A stretch of DNA of 64,000 nucleotides from Yuukianura sp. NJ FZ-2021 (taxonomy: Eukaryota), in NCBI GenBank assembly GCA_046563655.1, contig CM102286.1, forward strand, positions 3,224,001-3,288,000, given 5' to 3'. Positions 26,243 to 40,513 of the stretch are shown here, piece by piece. The position numbers and the translations under genes are program-made. The first letter of the stretch is position 1; the number at the start of each line of letters is the position of its first letter. A model generated the notes under the pieces. That model searched no databases and was not told the DNA's origin. It worked only from the letters and a program-made list of their open reading frames with translations.

Positions 26243-27077
26243 TTTTTTAAATTGCCTACACGTAAAGACCAACAAAAAATAGAAAAATTCAAAAAAAAAA
26301 AAGAAATTATAATAATTATTTATTTCGTCTGTGTGTCCAACTGTGTTTTATTGGGTGAGAGGCTTACCAAAAAAACTTATTGTCAAACGTGACTAAAATA
26401 AAGGTTGACGTTGACGTAAGCTTTACGTATTACTAATAAGTGAATTATATTTGCACGTTAAAGCAACCCCGCTCCGCTGTACAATGGGTGGCTTCATTGT
26501 GGGGCAACTTATGTTACCGCTTTACGTTATGTTAGGGTACAGTGGCTACAAAAGTTTCCATTCAGGTTTACCCGGCCTATTGTAGCCACAAAAGACAGCC
26601 GAAATGGCTACGCAATGTGGCTACAATAATAGTCGTTAATCCTTACTTCCACCTTCACGAGATAAATACTGTTTGTTTCTAAAGATTTGTTTACAAGAAT
26701 AAATACAAATGAAGTTGTTTATTGTTTGATTTGATTGCTAAATTAAATTAAGTGGGGACTTGAGAATCACTGCAATCCAGGGCAACCATTATTGTCTAAC
26801 TCCTCTCATTAGCACCAGAAGAACTGAAAGGTAAAAATTGGAGTACTACTACACGGCATAGAAATAGGAACGTTTGCTGCTAATTAAATAGCAACGCAAT
26901 TGGCAAATGAGCCATAAGATTCACTTATGTCGTACGCAGGTCTGCTGTGTTTGATTACGTGGTGGTTGAGACTTCTGATTATTAAATGCATTGTTTGTTA
27001 TCGGTACTTATACTATGTAACTCACACTTATATTTGTTTGCAGGAATAATCTTACTCTTACTCCTCGTCATCTAAAA

Positions 27078-29153
27078 ATGATCTCGGATGAAGATGTGGA
27101 TGAGAGCGACGAATTCGAGCTTGATGGTGATGAGAACATACACTTGGAGGATCCATTGCTACTGACTCGTAAATGTGCTTGCTGCTCAAATACGATTAAG
27201 GACGGAGAGGGAGACCACGATGGCAATTTAGTGACCTCAGCCAAGGCTCGAAATAGAAGTCCAATTCATTCCATGATCTCAGAATCCTTTTCTGTCCCAA
27301 ACGGAACTCTTGTGGAGGACGAGTTCTTATGTTGTTCCTTATGTTCAACCGTTATGGCTAATATGGCCAGAGCGGTTCAAGCAGTAAAGGACAATATGGC
27401 ACTGAAAAGCAACATTTATTCGTTCTTTCAAACGTTTCAAATGCATATGACCAAGTTCCCCAATTCAAGGTCTCTAAATTCACCTTTAGAAGTACAAGAC
27501 CAACCCGCATTAACACCAATCGTTATTGATGTTTCACCAAAGTCAGCGGCGCAAACGAACCAAATGCAGCCAATTTCAAAGAAACCTAGTTGCAGTGAAA
27601 TATTGCTCCCAACTTATATTATAGCTCCAATCGTCTCCGTCGGAGGTTTGCCTATGAAGAATCGCGGGTCCGCCCAAATGAATTCCAGCAGGAACAGAAC
27701 CCATTCAAACGTTAATCAATCTCTGAAACTATCAATCAAACCCAAGGACTCCGTGAATCACAGGGATATCGATGGAATGAATTATCCTGATGCTATACTT
27801 ACCGCGGAAGAGAAGCAAACGTATCGCAAGCAACAAAATATCTCATCGAGAGTTGTAGACTGTCCTGCGCCATACTGTGGAAAATTTTTCACAGGACAAA
27901 TATTGGCAGAGGCCGATGCATTGTTGGACAGTCACATGACAATGTTCCATCAAACGTTTGTCTGTTGCCACTTCTGCGACAAGAAAGTCTACGGCCTGGA
28001 AGAAACCATGGCTCGTCAACTGCTCCAGCAGCATTTGAAAGATGAACACGAAACAGAGCCTACTATTCCCAACGATGAAGCAGCTCAAGCCTTTCCTTTA
28101 GGAACAAAGATCTTCACTTACAAGTGCAAATTTTGTCCTAGAAAGGTGCATGGTTCACAAGCAGAAGATGGCAATCGTATGATTTTGAAAAGACTGATTC
28201 GCAAGCACCGTGCAAAGGAACACGGCGTTTCACTGCAATGTAAATATTGCACACATGTAGCAAAAGGAACACCAGGGATTGTTCAGCAACGGATGGACAA
28301 GCACGTTAAGTTTCTGCACGAAAATCAAACTGACTTCCGTTGTAGAATTTGTCAAAGGCCGTTCCTATACAGCAGTGTCGTTAAGAAACATGAATACTGT
28401 CACTTTAGCCTAGAAGACAAAGAAGCTGAAGCCGAAAAAGATCCGTCAATACAAACCAAAACACTGTGTCCAACTTGTGGCGTAGTACTTAAAGGATTTT
28501 TCACCACCGAAGAATGTAAGTGTTTCGTTGAATCAAATTAATTTTCTATTTATTTTGTTAAATAAGTACTGTCAAGGAATTTAACCATTGGTGTTGTCAT
28601 TACAGTACTGCTGAAGTCCCATATGAAGAAAGTACATCCATCGGCGGAGAAGATGACGGAAGAAAAGCCCACATCCAAGCGACGCCTAATGTGCGACCAA
28701 TGTGATTACACTTCAGCCGATACAAGATTATTAGCACGACACAAGTTATGGCGTCACGTTCAAATCGATTCGCCCTATTTCAAGTACACTTGCAAACAAT
28801 GTGGACTTGGTTTCCTGCCTGGACAGGGAAAAGAGTTTAAGGATCACACCATGGTGTGCTGCGACGAAGCAGAACGACCAGTCATTTGTACCGAATCGGG
28901 TTGTGCCAGGAGATTCAAAACGAAACAGAATCTAATGGTACACCTTATTGGGTTTCACAAACAAACGCCAGAAGCTGCCAGAGCATTTCTGTATCCAGGA
29001 CTTCCTGTACGTGACTGGATTCAAAACATGAAGAAAGTACCGAAACGGAAGCAAATGGCGGACCATTCACAAGAGGCCAACAGTGAGGACGGAGCGGTAG
29101 AAGGGAAGACGAAGCTTCCGCGAATCCAAGTAAACAACTCGAGGGAAAAATGA
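27078..29153 (+). CDS. C2H2 zinc-finger protein with ZAD-like N-terminus, paralogue 3
   Basis: Exons 27078-28515 and 28606-29153; collinear with paralogues 1 and 2. Confidence 0.9.
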
Positions 29154-29375
29154 AGTGTCTCTGTATTTATGACTTACAACGAGTAACCTCTTAATTTATT
29201 CTGTAAGTAATGTGTACAAATCGTAAATTGTACATCAAATATATAAAAACGCATTTAGGTTATTACGTGGGGATATCTCTTTTCAGTCAACTTTTTCAGA
29301 AACAATAGGTGATAGGGACAGAACATAGGTGAAGAGTTAGTACGTGTCATGTGCACTTTCCAAAGACAAGAAACG

Positions 29376-29556
29376 CTTCTGCACATTATTGGAACCTTAC
29401 GGTAGTCTTTGGGAGGAGTAAAGTGAGAAGCACCAATCAGAACGAGTTTCCACACTTTTACATTACTGTACTGTATACTCATAGTTTTTTTCTACAAAAA
29501 AAATCGATGAGATACGCCTTAGGAAAATCAATATTTCACTTCCGCTGGAGAAAGTT
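29376..29556 (+). promoter_or_regulatory. Upstream module repeated before the Rab-like copies (CCAAT-, DRE- and ETS-like motifs)
   Basis: ttctgcacatt...gggaggagtaaagtgaga...accaatcagaacgagtttcca...aaaatcgatgaga...cacttccgctggagaaagttg recurs, with variation, upstream of all seven copies (partly deleted before copies 5 and 6). Confidence 0.55.
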
Positions 29557-29714
29557 GATGGTAGTTGGAGCATAATATCTTGTTTTTGTTTGAACAATTT
29601 TTTACGACATTGACATAATTTTAATGTAAATTTTAAATAAAATAATCAACAATTCTTTTTAACTTTTCGCATAGCTACATTGCTAGAAAGTCAATCTTGG
29701 TTCACTTAAAAAAA

Positions 29715-30654
29715 ATGGCCACTCCTGACCCTGTGAAGAGTCTAAACATGGTGTTTCTTGGAGAAAAACAAGGTAAAAATTGCCGCAGTACATAACTCAG
29801 AATGTCATGATTAACAAAATTGTTTTTGTATTAGTTGGGAAAACAGCACTGATCAACAGGATTATGCATGATGCTCCAATGGACCATAAATTCAAGGTTT
29901 CAGTGGATAAAACATTGAGAGTGATCACTGTTCAAGGGGTCGACAAATCGCTGGAGCTCCACTTAATTGACACTTCCGGAAGAGAACTAAGTAGAGACAC
30001 CATTGACTCCTTCATTCATCACTCTACAATTTTTATTATAGTTTACGATGTCACTAGTGAGTATCTTTTTGTATCTTTTGATATCACTAAATCTGGTATC
30101 TTTTTGTTTCAAATTTCTTTAGTACTACTTAAAAAAACCGTGAACATGAGTTTATTATTTTTTTAAAAAACAACTTTGTGATAGATGCTCACTCTTTTCG
30201 TGTTACTTCGAAATGGGTGGATATTATACGAACGGAGCATGGAGAAGATGCCATCATCAGTTTAGTGGGAAACAAAATTGAGCGAAGTGACGCCCGAGAG
30301 GTGACAACTGAAGAGGGCCAGCAACGAGCTGATGAACTTAACACATTGTTTATTGAAACGAGCGCAGTCGCAGGGCCCAATGTGACCCTCGTAAGTTTAA
30401 TTACACACTTAATAATTGTTTCAATTAAACAAACATTTATTCAAAAAAAGATTTTTTTTGTTTAGTTATTCCACCGACTGGTCATGGCAATTCTGAAAAA
30501 GGAGAAACAACGGGAACTAGAAGAGGCGCTAATTGATGATGGTATGAACATGCTTGTGTCATATGAGCAACAAGTTGTGAAATATTAATCGGTTAAGTGC
30601 AATTTAACTTGTTTTCCAGAGGAGGCAGACAACGAATCATGTTTCATTTGCTGA
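29715..30654 (+). CDS. Divergent Rab6-like small GTPase, copy 1 (198 aa, 5 exons)
   Basis: Exons 29715-29772, 29835-30056, 30185-30390, 30466-30541, 30620-30654. Motifs VFLGEKQVGKT, DTSGRE, VYDVT, LVGNKIE, FIETSAV; ends CFIC*. Confidence 0.9.
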
Positions 30655-31386
30655 ACTTCATGAAAATTCTGTCAATCGAAGATCAAATTGTCTCAGGCGA
30701 CTCCCTACACAAACAAAATTCTCAAGCTGAACCCATTCGTAAACTGTAGGAAAACCTAAGATTGCAAAATAGCGTCGTAGCAAAAGTTCTTCTAAGCTGT
30801 AATGATACTGTATGGGCGTCTCTTCCTGAAAACCTTTGTTCGATGTACTAATAGTTATGCATATTTAACAAGTTAACGCTAAATAAATCCTTAATAACCG
30901 TAATTTCAGTTAACAAGAATTATGGTCATCATTGTATCTTGGAACCAACTGAAACAGTACGAACTGACACTTTTATGTAGAACGCGGTGTTTCATACGCA
31001 TGTCTCCCTTTTTCTGTGAACTTTTTCAGAAACAAGATGCAAGGTGAACGTGAACTTCTTTCCAAAGACAAGAGCGTAAATAACGCTTCTGCACATTCGG
31101 GGATCCTTTACGGTAGTTTTGGGAGGAGTAAAGTGAGAGGAACCAATCAGAGCGAGTTTCCACAACTGTTTACCCTACTGCGTGAAAAAAAATTCGATGA
31201 GATAACCCGCGGAGAAATCAACATTTCACTTCTGCTGGAGAAAGTTGAAGGTAGTCGGTGTCTAATTTTCTGTTCTTGGTTGAATCATTTTTTTCGACGT
31301 TGACATAAGTTCAAATAAAAGAACAATTCTTTTTAACTTTTCGGATAGCTACATTGCTATTGAATCTTGCTTTACTTAGAAACAAA

Positions 31387-32344
31387 ATGGCCACTACTGT
31401 CCCCGTGGAGTCCCTGAACATGGTATTTCTTGGAGAAAAACAAGGTAAAAATTGTCGAAGTACACAACTTAGAATTTCATGATTTACAAAACTGTTTTTG
31501 TATTAAGTTGGAAAAACAGCACTGATCAACCGGATTTTGCAAGATGCTCCAAAGGACACTAAATTTAAGGTTTCAGTGGACAAAACAAAGAAATTGATCA
31601 CTGTTAAAAGGGCCGACAAATGGCTGGAGCTCCATTTAATCGACACTTCCGGAAAAGAACTATGTAGACCCACAATTGACTGCTTCATTCATCACTCTAC
31701 AATTTTTATTGTGGTCTACGATGTCACCAGTGAGTATCTTTTGGTACCACAAATTTTGGTATCTTTGTTTCAAACTTTAATTAAAAAAATCCTAACCATG
31801 AAAATAAGTTTATATATGCTCTTTTTTTCTAAAACAACTTTGTGATAGATGCTCACTCTTTTCGTGTTACTTCGAAATGGGTTGATATTATTCGCTCTGT
31901 GCATGGAGAAGATGCCATCATCAGTTTAGTGGGAAACAAAATTGAGCAAAGTGACGCACGACAAGTGACAACTGAAGAGGGCCAGCAACTATCTGATGAA
32001 TTGCGCACATTGTTTATTGAAACGAGCGCTGTTGCAGGGCCTAATGTGACCATCGTGAGTGTAATTACAAACTTAATTGTTTCAATTGCACAAACATTTA
32101 TTTAAAAGAAAATATTTGTCTTTAGCTATTCCACCGACTGGTCATGGCAATTCTGATAAAGGACAGAAAACGGGAACTAATACAGGAGCTAATTGATGAT
32201 GGTATGAACATGCTCGTTTCAGATGAGCAACAATTTGTAAACTTAAACTTGTAAACCTAAATGTGAACCACGCCTAATTGCAATTTAACTTGTTTTATAG
32301 AAGACGAAGAGGAGGAAGAAGACGCATCATGTTCTATTTGCTGA
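31387..32344 (+). CDS. Divergent Rab6-like small GTPase, copy 2
   Basis: Same 5-exon structure; DTSGKE, NKIE; ends CSIC*. Confidence 0.88.
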
Positions 32345-32491
32345 ACCTCCTTGAAAATTCTATCAGTCGAAGTTGAAATTGTTTTAGGCGGATGCCTAAA
32401 CAATTAGACTACATGGGCGTCTCTTTCTTAAAACCTTTGTCCGATGTACTTAAGTAATTTTTATTTAAAACAATTAGCACTAAATAAATCC

Positions 32492-32901
32492 ATTTGTAAC
32501 CAGGAGGGTACAGAAGTTGCGAAGGTTGGCGATGAAGTCGCGAACGGCTGCTCATAACGGCCCAATATTGTAAGTTACAATGTGTACCCCTTATAGGCCT
32601 AAGTTACTGGAAAAAAAAGAATGGATCTTTGACCTGGAAGGGGGCCAATTTTAGTTACATGAAATACACAAAAGTTGCTTGTTTCGATGAGACGAACAAT
32701 TTTTGTAGCCATCATTTTCTGTTACTGGGGATGAACAGGTTGACCTTGAGCTTTGATGAGGAGAGATTTGGCCCTAAGGTATGGTATTTAATATTGAACT
32801 TCTCTGGGTCGCTAGGTGTAGATGGCGGGAGTGTGACGTCCACGGCAAGACAGACAAACAGACAGACAGAATAGGTCGTTCCATAAAGCAGCTTTCGTTA
32901 C
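32492..32901. mobile_element. Helentron/DINE-1-like non-autonomous element; related copies near 34798-34954, 36875-37185, 38622-39048 and 40753-40985
   Basis: GACA microsatellite, terminal stem-loop (e.g. aagtagc-tctc-gctgctt) and no visible TSD. The empty site aataaatcc/ttaataaccg is seen at 30890/30891. Confidence 0.6.
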
Positions 32902-33605
32902 TTTATAACCGTAATTTCTGTTAACATAATGGCCATCATGGTAAGTATATTGGAATCAACTGAAACAACACGGACGGACACTTTTAGGTAGAACCTGGTA
33001 TAAAAGATTTAAGTACAAAACAGCTCCTTCAAAAACTAATAACGCGAAACTAATTGTTCTTAAATACTCATTACTTTTTAATCCTCATTACTTTTTAATG
33101 ATTAACAGATTTAAACACATCGAAAATCGTTTCCCCCACATTTTGTCAGCATATTGGCGGTGAATATCTCTTTTTCATTAGACTTTTTCAGAAACAAGGT
33201 GCAAGGTGAACGCTCAACAAAGGTGAATACCCACTTTCTGAAGACAATAATGTAAGTAATAACGCTTCTGCACATTCAGGGACCTTTTACGGTTGTCTTG
33301 GGAGGAGTAAGAACCAATCAGAACGAGTTTCCACAACTTTTACATTACTGTATACTCATAGGTTTTTTCTAAACAAAAATCGATGAGAAACGCCACAGGA
33401 AAATCAATACTTCACTTCCGCTGGAGAAAGTTTAACGAAGTTGGTGCCTAATTTCCTGGTCTTGGTTGAAACATATTTTGTGCCGTTGACTTAATTTCAA
33501 ATGAAATTTTTAGCTTTTCTTTTTTTCAATTCTGTCAACAATTCTTTTTAGCATTTCAGATAGCTATATTGCTAGAAAGTCAATCTTGGTTCACTTAAAA
33601 ACAAA

Positions 33606-34545
33606 ATGGCCACTCTTGTCAAGGAGAAGAGCCTAAACATGGTGTTTCTTGGAGAAGGGAGAGGTAAAAATTGCCAACACATAACTTAGAATATCATGGA
33701 TTTAGAAAAGTGTTTTGTATTAGTTGGGAAAACATCGCTAATCAACCGGCTTATGCAAGATGCTCCAATGGACTTTTTATCTATTAATCGTTCAGTGGAT
33801 TCCATTGAATTGGTGTTAGGATTCAAATTGGTTATTGTTAAAGAGGGCGACAAAAGGCTGGATCTCCATTTAATAGATACTACCGGAAGAGAAAGTAGAG
33901 CCACCATTGACTCCTACATTCACAACTCTTCAATTTTTATTATAGTTTACGATGTCACTAGTGAGTATATTTTTGTATCTTTTGGTATCACTAAATCTGG
34001 TATCTTTTTGTTTCAAATCTTTTATTTAAAAAAAAATTCGTACCCGTTTATATGAGTTTAAAAAACAACTTTGTGATAGATGCTCACTCTTTTCGTGCTA
34101 TTTCGAAATGGGTGGATATTATTCGATCTGAGCATGGAGAAGATGCCATCATCGGTTTAGTGGGAACCAAAATTGATCGAGACAAAAGACAAGTGACAAA
34201 TCAAGAGGGCCGGCAACGAGCTGTTGAACTTAACACGTTGTTTATTGAAACGAACGCAGTCGCAGGGCCTAGTCAAGGTGTGACCCTCGTAAGTATACAT
34301 ACACACTTAATTGTTTCAATTGAGCAAACATTTATTTAAAAAGATTTTTTTTGTTTAGTTACTCCACCGAATGGTCATGACAATTCTGAAAAAGGAGAGA
34401 CAGCGGGAACTAGAAAAGTGGCTAATTGATGATGGTATGAAAATGCTTGTTTCAGATGAGCAACAATTTGTGAAATTAACCAGTTAAGTGCAATTTAACT
34501 TATTTTTCAGAGGAGGAATACGACGCACCATGTATCGTTTGCTGA
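33606..34545 (+). CDS. Divergent Rab6-like small GTPase, copy 3 (most divergent)
   Basis: GEGRVGKT, in-frame insertions in the switch I/interswitch region, DTTGRE, TKID, ETNAV; ends CIVC*. Confidence 0.85.
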
Positions 34546-35618
34546 ACTTCCTGAAAATTCTGCCAATCAAAGTTGAAATTGTTTGAGGCGGCTGCCTACT
34601 CAAACAAAATTCTAAAGCTGAATCCATTTGTAAAATGTAGGAAAACCTGAGATTCCAAAATAGCGTCGTAGCCAAAGCAACTACATATTAGTGTTAAAAA
34701 GTTCTTCTAAGCTGTAAGGAGACTATATGGGCTTTTCTTCCTTACAACTTTTGTTCGATGTACTAATAGTAATTTTCATCAAGTAACAAATAAATCCAGT
34801 TGTAACCCGGAGGGTTCGAAAGTTGCGAAAGGTGGAGCCGAAATCGCGAATGGCTGCTAATACCGGCCTAACATTGTAAGTTGCAATTTCTCATTGACGT
34901 CCACGGCAATACAGAGAGGCAGAACATGTGGATGCATAAAGTAGCTCTCGCTGCTTAATAACCGTAGTTTCTATTAACAAGAATAATGGTCATCATGGTG
35001 AGTATCTTGGAATCAACTGAAACAGTACGAACGGACATTTTCATGTAGAACGCAATATAAAAATTATTGGGTACAAAACATTAATCTCCTTCAAAAATTA
35101 ATAACGCGAAACTTTAATTAGCAGATTTAAACAAATGGAAAATCGTTTTCCCCACATTTCATAAGCATATTGGTGGGCGATATCTCTTTTTCATTTGATT
35201 TTTCCGAAGCAAGGTGCAATGCGAACGCTCAACAAAGGTGAATGCCAACTTTCCAAAGACAAGAGTGTAAGTAACGCTTCTGCACATTATTGGAACCGTT
35301 ACGTTACTCTTGGGAGGAGTAAATTGAGAAGAACCCATCAGAACGAGTTTCCAGAACTTGTACCTTGCTGCAATCGTAGATTTTTTCTGTAAAAAAAAAT
35401 CGATGAAATTCGCCACAGAAAACTTTCACTTCCGCTGGAAAAAGTTGAAGGTAGTCGGTACATAAATTCTTGCTCTTGGTTGAAACATATTTTGCGAGGT
35501 TGACATAATTTCAAATGAAAATTTTAGCTTTTCTTTTCTTCAATTGTTTCAACAATTCTTTGTAACTTTTCAGATAGCTACATTGCTAGAAATCCAATCT
35601 TGCTTTACTTAAAAGAAA

Positions 35619-36612
35619 ATGGCCACTCCTGTCCCGGTGAAGAGCCTAAACTTGGTGTTTCTTGGAGAAAAACAAGGTAAAAATTGCCGACGTTCATACT
35701 AACTTGAATTTCAGGACTTACAAAATTGTTTTTGTATTAGTTGGAAAAACAGCACTCATCAACCGGATTATGGAAGATGCTCCAATGGACACATCATTTA
35801 TGGTTTCAGTGGATAAAACATTGAAATTGATCACTGTTAAAGGGGGCGACAAAACACTGGACCTCCATTTAACTGATACTTCCGGAAAGGAACGAAGTGT
35901 TTCCACCATTGACTCTTACATTCATCACTCCACAATTTTTATTATAGTTTACGATGTCACTGGTGAGAGTATCTTCTTGTGTTTTTTGATACCACAAAAT
36001 CTGGAACCGTTTTGTTTAAAATTTTTTTATTTAAAAAAAAAGTCGTACAGTGAACATAAGTTTAATAAGTTTTTTTTTTCATAACAACTTTGTGATAGAT
36101 GCTAGCTCATTCCACGTCACTTCGAAATGGGTGGATGTTATTCGATCTGTGCATGGACAAGATGCCATCATCAGTTTAGTGGGAAACAAAATTGAGCAAA
36201 GTGACGCACGACAAGTGACAACTGAAGAAGGCCAGCAACTAGCTAATGAATTGCGCGCAATGTTTATCGAAACGAGCGCTGTCGCAGGGCCTAATGTGAC
36301 CGTCGTAAGTGTACCTACACACTTAATTGTTTTAATTGAACAAATATTTATTTAAAAAAAGATTATGTATTTTTTCTTTAGTTATTCCACCGACTGGTTA
36401 TGGCAATTCTGAAAAAGGACAGACAGCGGGAACTAATAAGGGAACTAATTGATGATGGTATGAACATGCTCGATTCAGATGAACAACAATTTCTAAACTT
36501 AAATGTAAACTTAAACTTGTTAACATAAATGTTAACCGCTTAATATTGCAACTTAACTTGTTTTATAGAGGAGGAAGAAGAGGAAGAAGACGCATCATGT
36601 TCTATTTCTTGA
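35619..36612 (+). CDS. Divergent Rab6-like small GTPase, copy 4
   Basis: Same exon structure; DTSGKE, NKIE; ends CSIS*. Confidence 0.88.
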
Positions 36613-37467
36613 ACTTCCTGAAAATACTGTCAATCGAAGTTGAAATTGTTGAAGGCGGCTGCCTACACAAACAAAATTCTAGCGAAGCTGATAGCATCCG
36701 TAAACTGTAGGAAAACCTGAGATTCCAAAATAGCGTCGTAACAAAAGTAATTAGAAATTAGTGTTAAAAAGTTCTTATAAGCAGTAACGACGGTATATGG
36801 GCGTCTCTTCCTTAAAACCTTTGTTCTGTGTACTAATAGTAATTTTCATTTAACAAGTAACACTAAATAAATCCAGTTGTAACTCGGAGGGTACGAATGT
36901 TGCGAAGGTTGGCGCTGAAATGAGGAACGGCTCCTCATAACGGCCCAACATTTTAAGTTGTAAGGGTCACTTTGGGTCCCATGAAATAGACAAAAGTTGC
37001 TTATCTCGATGAGATGAACAATTTTTGTAGAGATCAAGTTCTGTTACCGGAGAAGAACAGGTTGACCATGACTTTTGTTGCGGAAAGAGTTGGCCTACCG
37101 GGATGATATTTAATATTAAACATCTCTCTCTGGGAGGCTAGGTAGTGTAGATCCCGGAAATGTTGAGTCGTTAGCGAGAATTGATCCATGAGAACGAGTT
37201 TCCACAACTGGTACGCTCTGTATACTCGCAGTTCTTTCTGTAAAAAAAAATCGATGAGATACGCCGCAGACAAACTTCACTTTCGCTGGAGAAAGTTGAA
37301 GGTAGTTGGTCTATAATTTCCTGGTTTGGTGGAAACATTTTTTTCGAGTTGACATAATTTCAAATGAAAGTTTTAACTTTTCATTCCTTCAATTCTTTCA
37401 ACAACTCTTTTTAACTTTTCGATAGCTAAATTGCTAGAAAGTCAATCTTGCTTCACTTAAAAACAAA

Positions 37468-38390
37468 ATGGCCACTCCTGTCCGGGTGAAGAGCCTAAAC
37501 TTGGTGTTTCTTGGAGAAAAACAAGGTAAAAATTGCCGAAGTGCATACTACCTTAGAATATCACGATTTACAAAATTGTTTTTGTATTAGTTGGAAAAAC
37601 GGCGCTAATCAACCGGATTATGGAAGATGCTCCAATGGACACTTCATTTATGGTTTCAGTGGATAAAACATCGAAATTGATCACTGTTAAAGGTGGCGAC
37701 AAAACGCTGGACCTCCATTTAATTGACACTTCCGAAAAAGAACGAAGTGTAGCCACCATTGACTCCTTCATTCGTCACTCCACAATTTTTATTGTAGTTT
37801 ACGATGTCACTGGTGAGTATCTTTTGACACCACAAAATGTGAAATTTTAAGTTTAAAATTTCTTTACTTTAAAAAAAATTGGTAACCGTGAGCATAAGTT
37901 TTTATAAGTTTTTTACCAAAACAACTTTGTAATAGATGCTAACTCATTCCGTGCCACTTGGAATTGGGTGGATGTTATTCGATCCGTGCATGGAGACGTT
38001 GCCATCATCAGTTTAGTGGGAAACAAAATTGAGCAAAGTGAAGCACGGAAAGTGACAACTGAAGAGGGCCAGCAACTAGCTGATGAATTGCGCACATTGT
38101 TTATTGAAACGAGCGCTGTCGCAGGGCCCAATGTGACCGTCGTAAGTATACTTACACACGTAATTGTATCAATTGAACAAACATTTATTTAAAAAAAATA
38201 TTTTTTTTCTTTAGTTATTCCACCGACTGGTCATGGAAATTCTGAAAAAGGACAGACAACGGGAACTAATAAGGGAACTAATTGATGAGGGTATGATGGT
38301 AATCCTAACTGTTAACCGCTTAATTGCAATTTAACTTGGTTTATAGAGGACTTAGAGGATGAAGACGACGCATCATGTGTTATTTGCTGA
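37468..38390 (+). CDS. Divergent Rab6-like small GTPase, copy 5 (G3 glycine lost)
   Basis: Same exon structure; DTSEKE, NKIE; ends CVIC*. Confidence 0.85.
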
Positions 38391-39563
38391 ACTAACCTAA
38401 AAATTCTCTCAATCGAAGATGAAATTGTTTAAGGCGGCTGGCGGCTGCCTACAAAAAAAAAATTCTAGCGAAGCTGATAGCATCCGTAAACTGTAGGAAA
38501 ACCTGAGATTCCAAAATAGTGTCGTAACAATAGTAATAAGAAATTCGTGCAAAAGATAGGTAAGAAAAAGTTCAGTGTACTAGTAGTGATTTTCATTTAA
38601 CAAATAACACTTAATAAATCCAGTTGTAACCCGAAGGGTACGGAATGCGAAGGGTGGCGCTGAAGTCGCGGACGGCTGTTCATACCGGCCTAACATTGTA
38701 AGGTGCAACTTCTAACCCCTAATAGGCCATAGTTACTGGAAAAAAAAAGAGTTGATCTTTGACCTGGAAGGGGGGTCAATTTGGCTTATATGAAATTCAC
38801 AAACCTCGATGAGATAAACAATTTTTGTAGAGATCTTGCATTGTCTGTTTGGGATGAACCGATTGATCTTGAGCTTTGATGCAGAAGGACTTGACCCACC
38901 GGTATGATATTTAATATTGAACATTTTTGGGTCGCTAGTAGATGGAGATCCCGGATATGTTGAGCCGTTTACGACATAATTGACGTCCACTCCAAAGCAG
39001 ACATACAGACTGACAGAAAATGTCGTCACATAAAGTAGCTGTCGTTATTTAATAACCGTAATTTCTGTTAAAAATGATGGTCATCATGGTGAGTATCTTG
39101 GAATAAATTGAAACAGTACGAACGTATACTTTTATGTAGGACGCGGTATAAAAGTTTGATGAGCAATGGCTTGACCCATCGGTATGATATTTAATATTAA
39201 ACATCTCTGGGTCGCTAAAACATTAATCTCCTTCAAAAATCTTCAAAAATTAAAGTGAGAAGAACCAATCACAACGAGTTTCCACAACTGGTACCTTAGT
39301 CTATACTCTCGTAGTTTTTTCTGTAAAAAAATCGATGAGATACGACACAGAGAAATCAACATTTCACTTCCGCTGGAGAAAGTTGAAGGTAGTTGGAGCA
39401 TAATTTCTTGTGCTTTGCTTGAAACATACTTTGCGACGTTGGCATAATTTCAAATGAAAGTTTTAACTTTTCTTTCCTTCAATTCTTTCAACAATTCTTT
39501 TTACGTTTTCGATAGCTGCATTGCTAGAAAGTCAATCTTCGCCTAAAAGTCGCCTAAAACAAA

Positions 39564-40513
39564 ATGGCCAGTCCTATTCCGACGAGGAGCCTAAACTTGG
39601 TGTTTCTTGGAGAAAAACATGGTAAAAATTGCTGTAGTAATGTAGTATACATACTTAGAACGTCATGATTTACCAAGATGTTTCTGTATTATTAGTTGGA
39701 AAAACAGCACTGATCAACCGGATTATGCAAGATGCTCCAATGGACCCTAAATTTAGGGTTTCAGTGGATAAAACATTGAGATTGATCACTGTGCAAGGGG
39801 TAGACAAATCGCTGGAGCTCCACTTAATTGACACTTCCGGAAGAGAACTAAGTAGAGACACCATTGACTCCTACATTCATCACTCTTCAATTTTTATTGT
39901 AGTTTACGATGTCACTAGTGAGTATATTTTTTATCTTTTCATACCACTAAATCTGGTATCTTTTTGTTCAAATTTCTTTAGTACTTAAAAAAACCGTGTA
40001 CATGAGTTTATTATTTTTTTAAAAAACAACTTTGTGATAGATGCTCACTCTTTTCGTGTTACATCGAAATGGGTGGATATTATTCGAGCTGAGCATGGGA
40101 GGAGATGCCATCATCAGTTTAGTGGGAAACAAAATTGAGCAAAGTGACGCACGAGAAGTGACAACTGAAGAGGGCCAGCAACGAGCTGATGAACTTAACA
40201 CATTGTTTATTGAAACGAGCGCAGTCGCAGGGCCCAATGTGACCCTCGTAAGTGTAATTACACACTTAATAATTGTTTCAATTAAACAAACATTTATTTA
40301 AAAAAAAAGATATTTTTTGTTTAGTTATTCCACCGACTGGTTATGGCAATTCTGAAAAAGGAGAGACAACGGGAACTAATAGAGCAGCTAATTGATGATG
40401 GTATGAACATGCTTGTTTCAGATGAGCAACAATATGTGAAAGATTAACCAGTTAAGTGCAATTTAACTTGTTTTCCAGAGGAGGAATACGACGCACCATG
40501 TTTTATTTGCTGA
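39564..40513 (+). pseudogene. Divergent Rab6-like small GTPase, copy 6, with a +1 frameshift in exon 3
   Basis: gagcatgggaggagatgcc versus gagcatggagaagatgcc in copy 1 gives one extra G near 40097-40099. Otherwise intact, so it could be a sequencing error. Confidence 0.7.
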
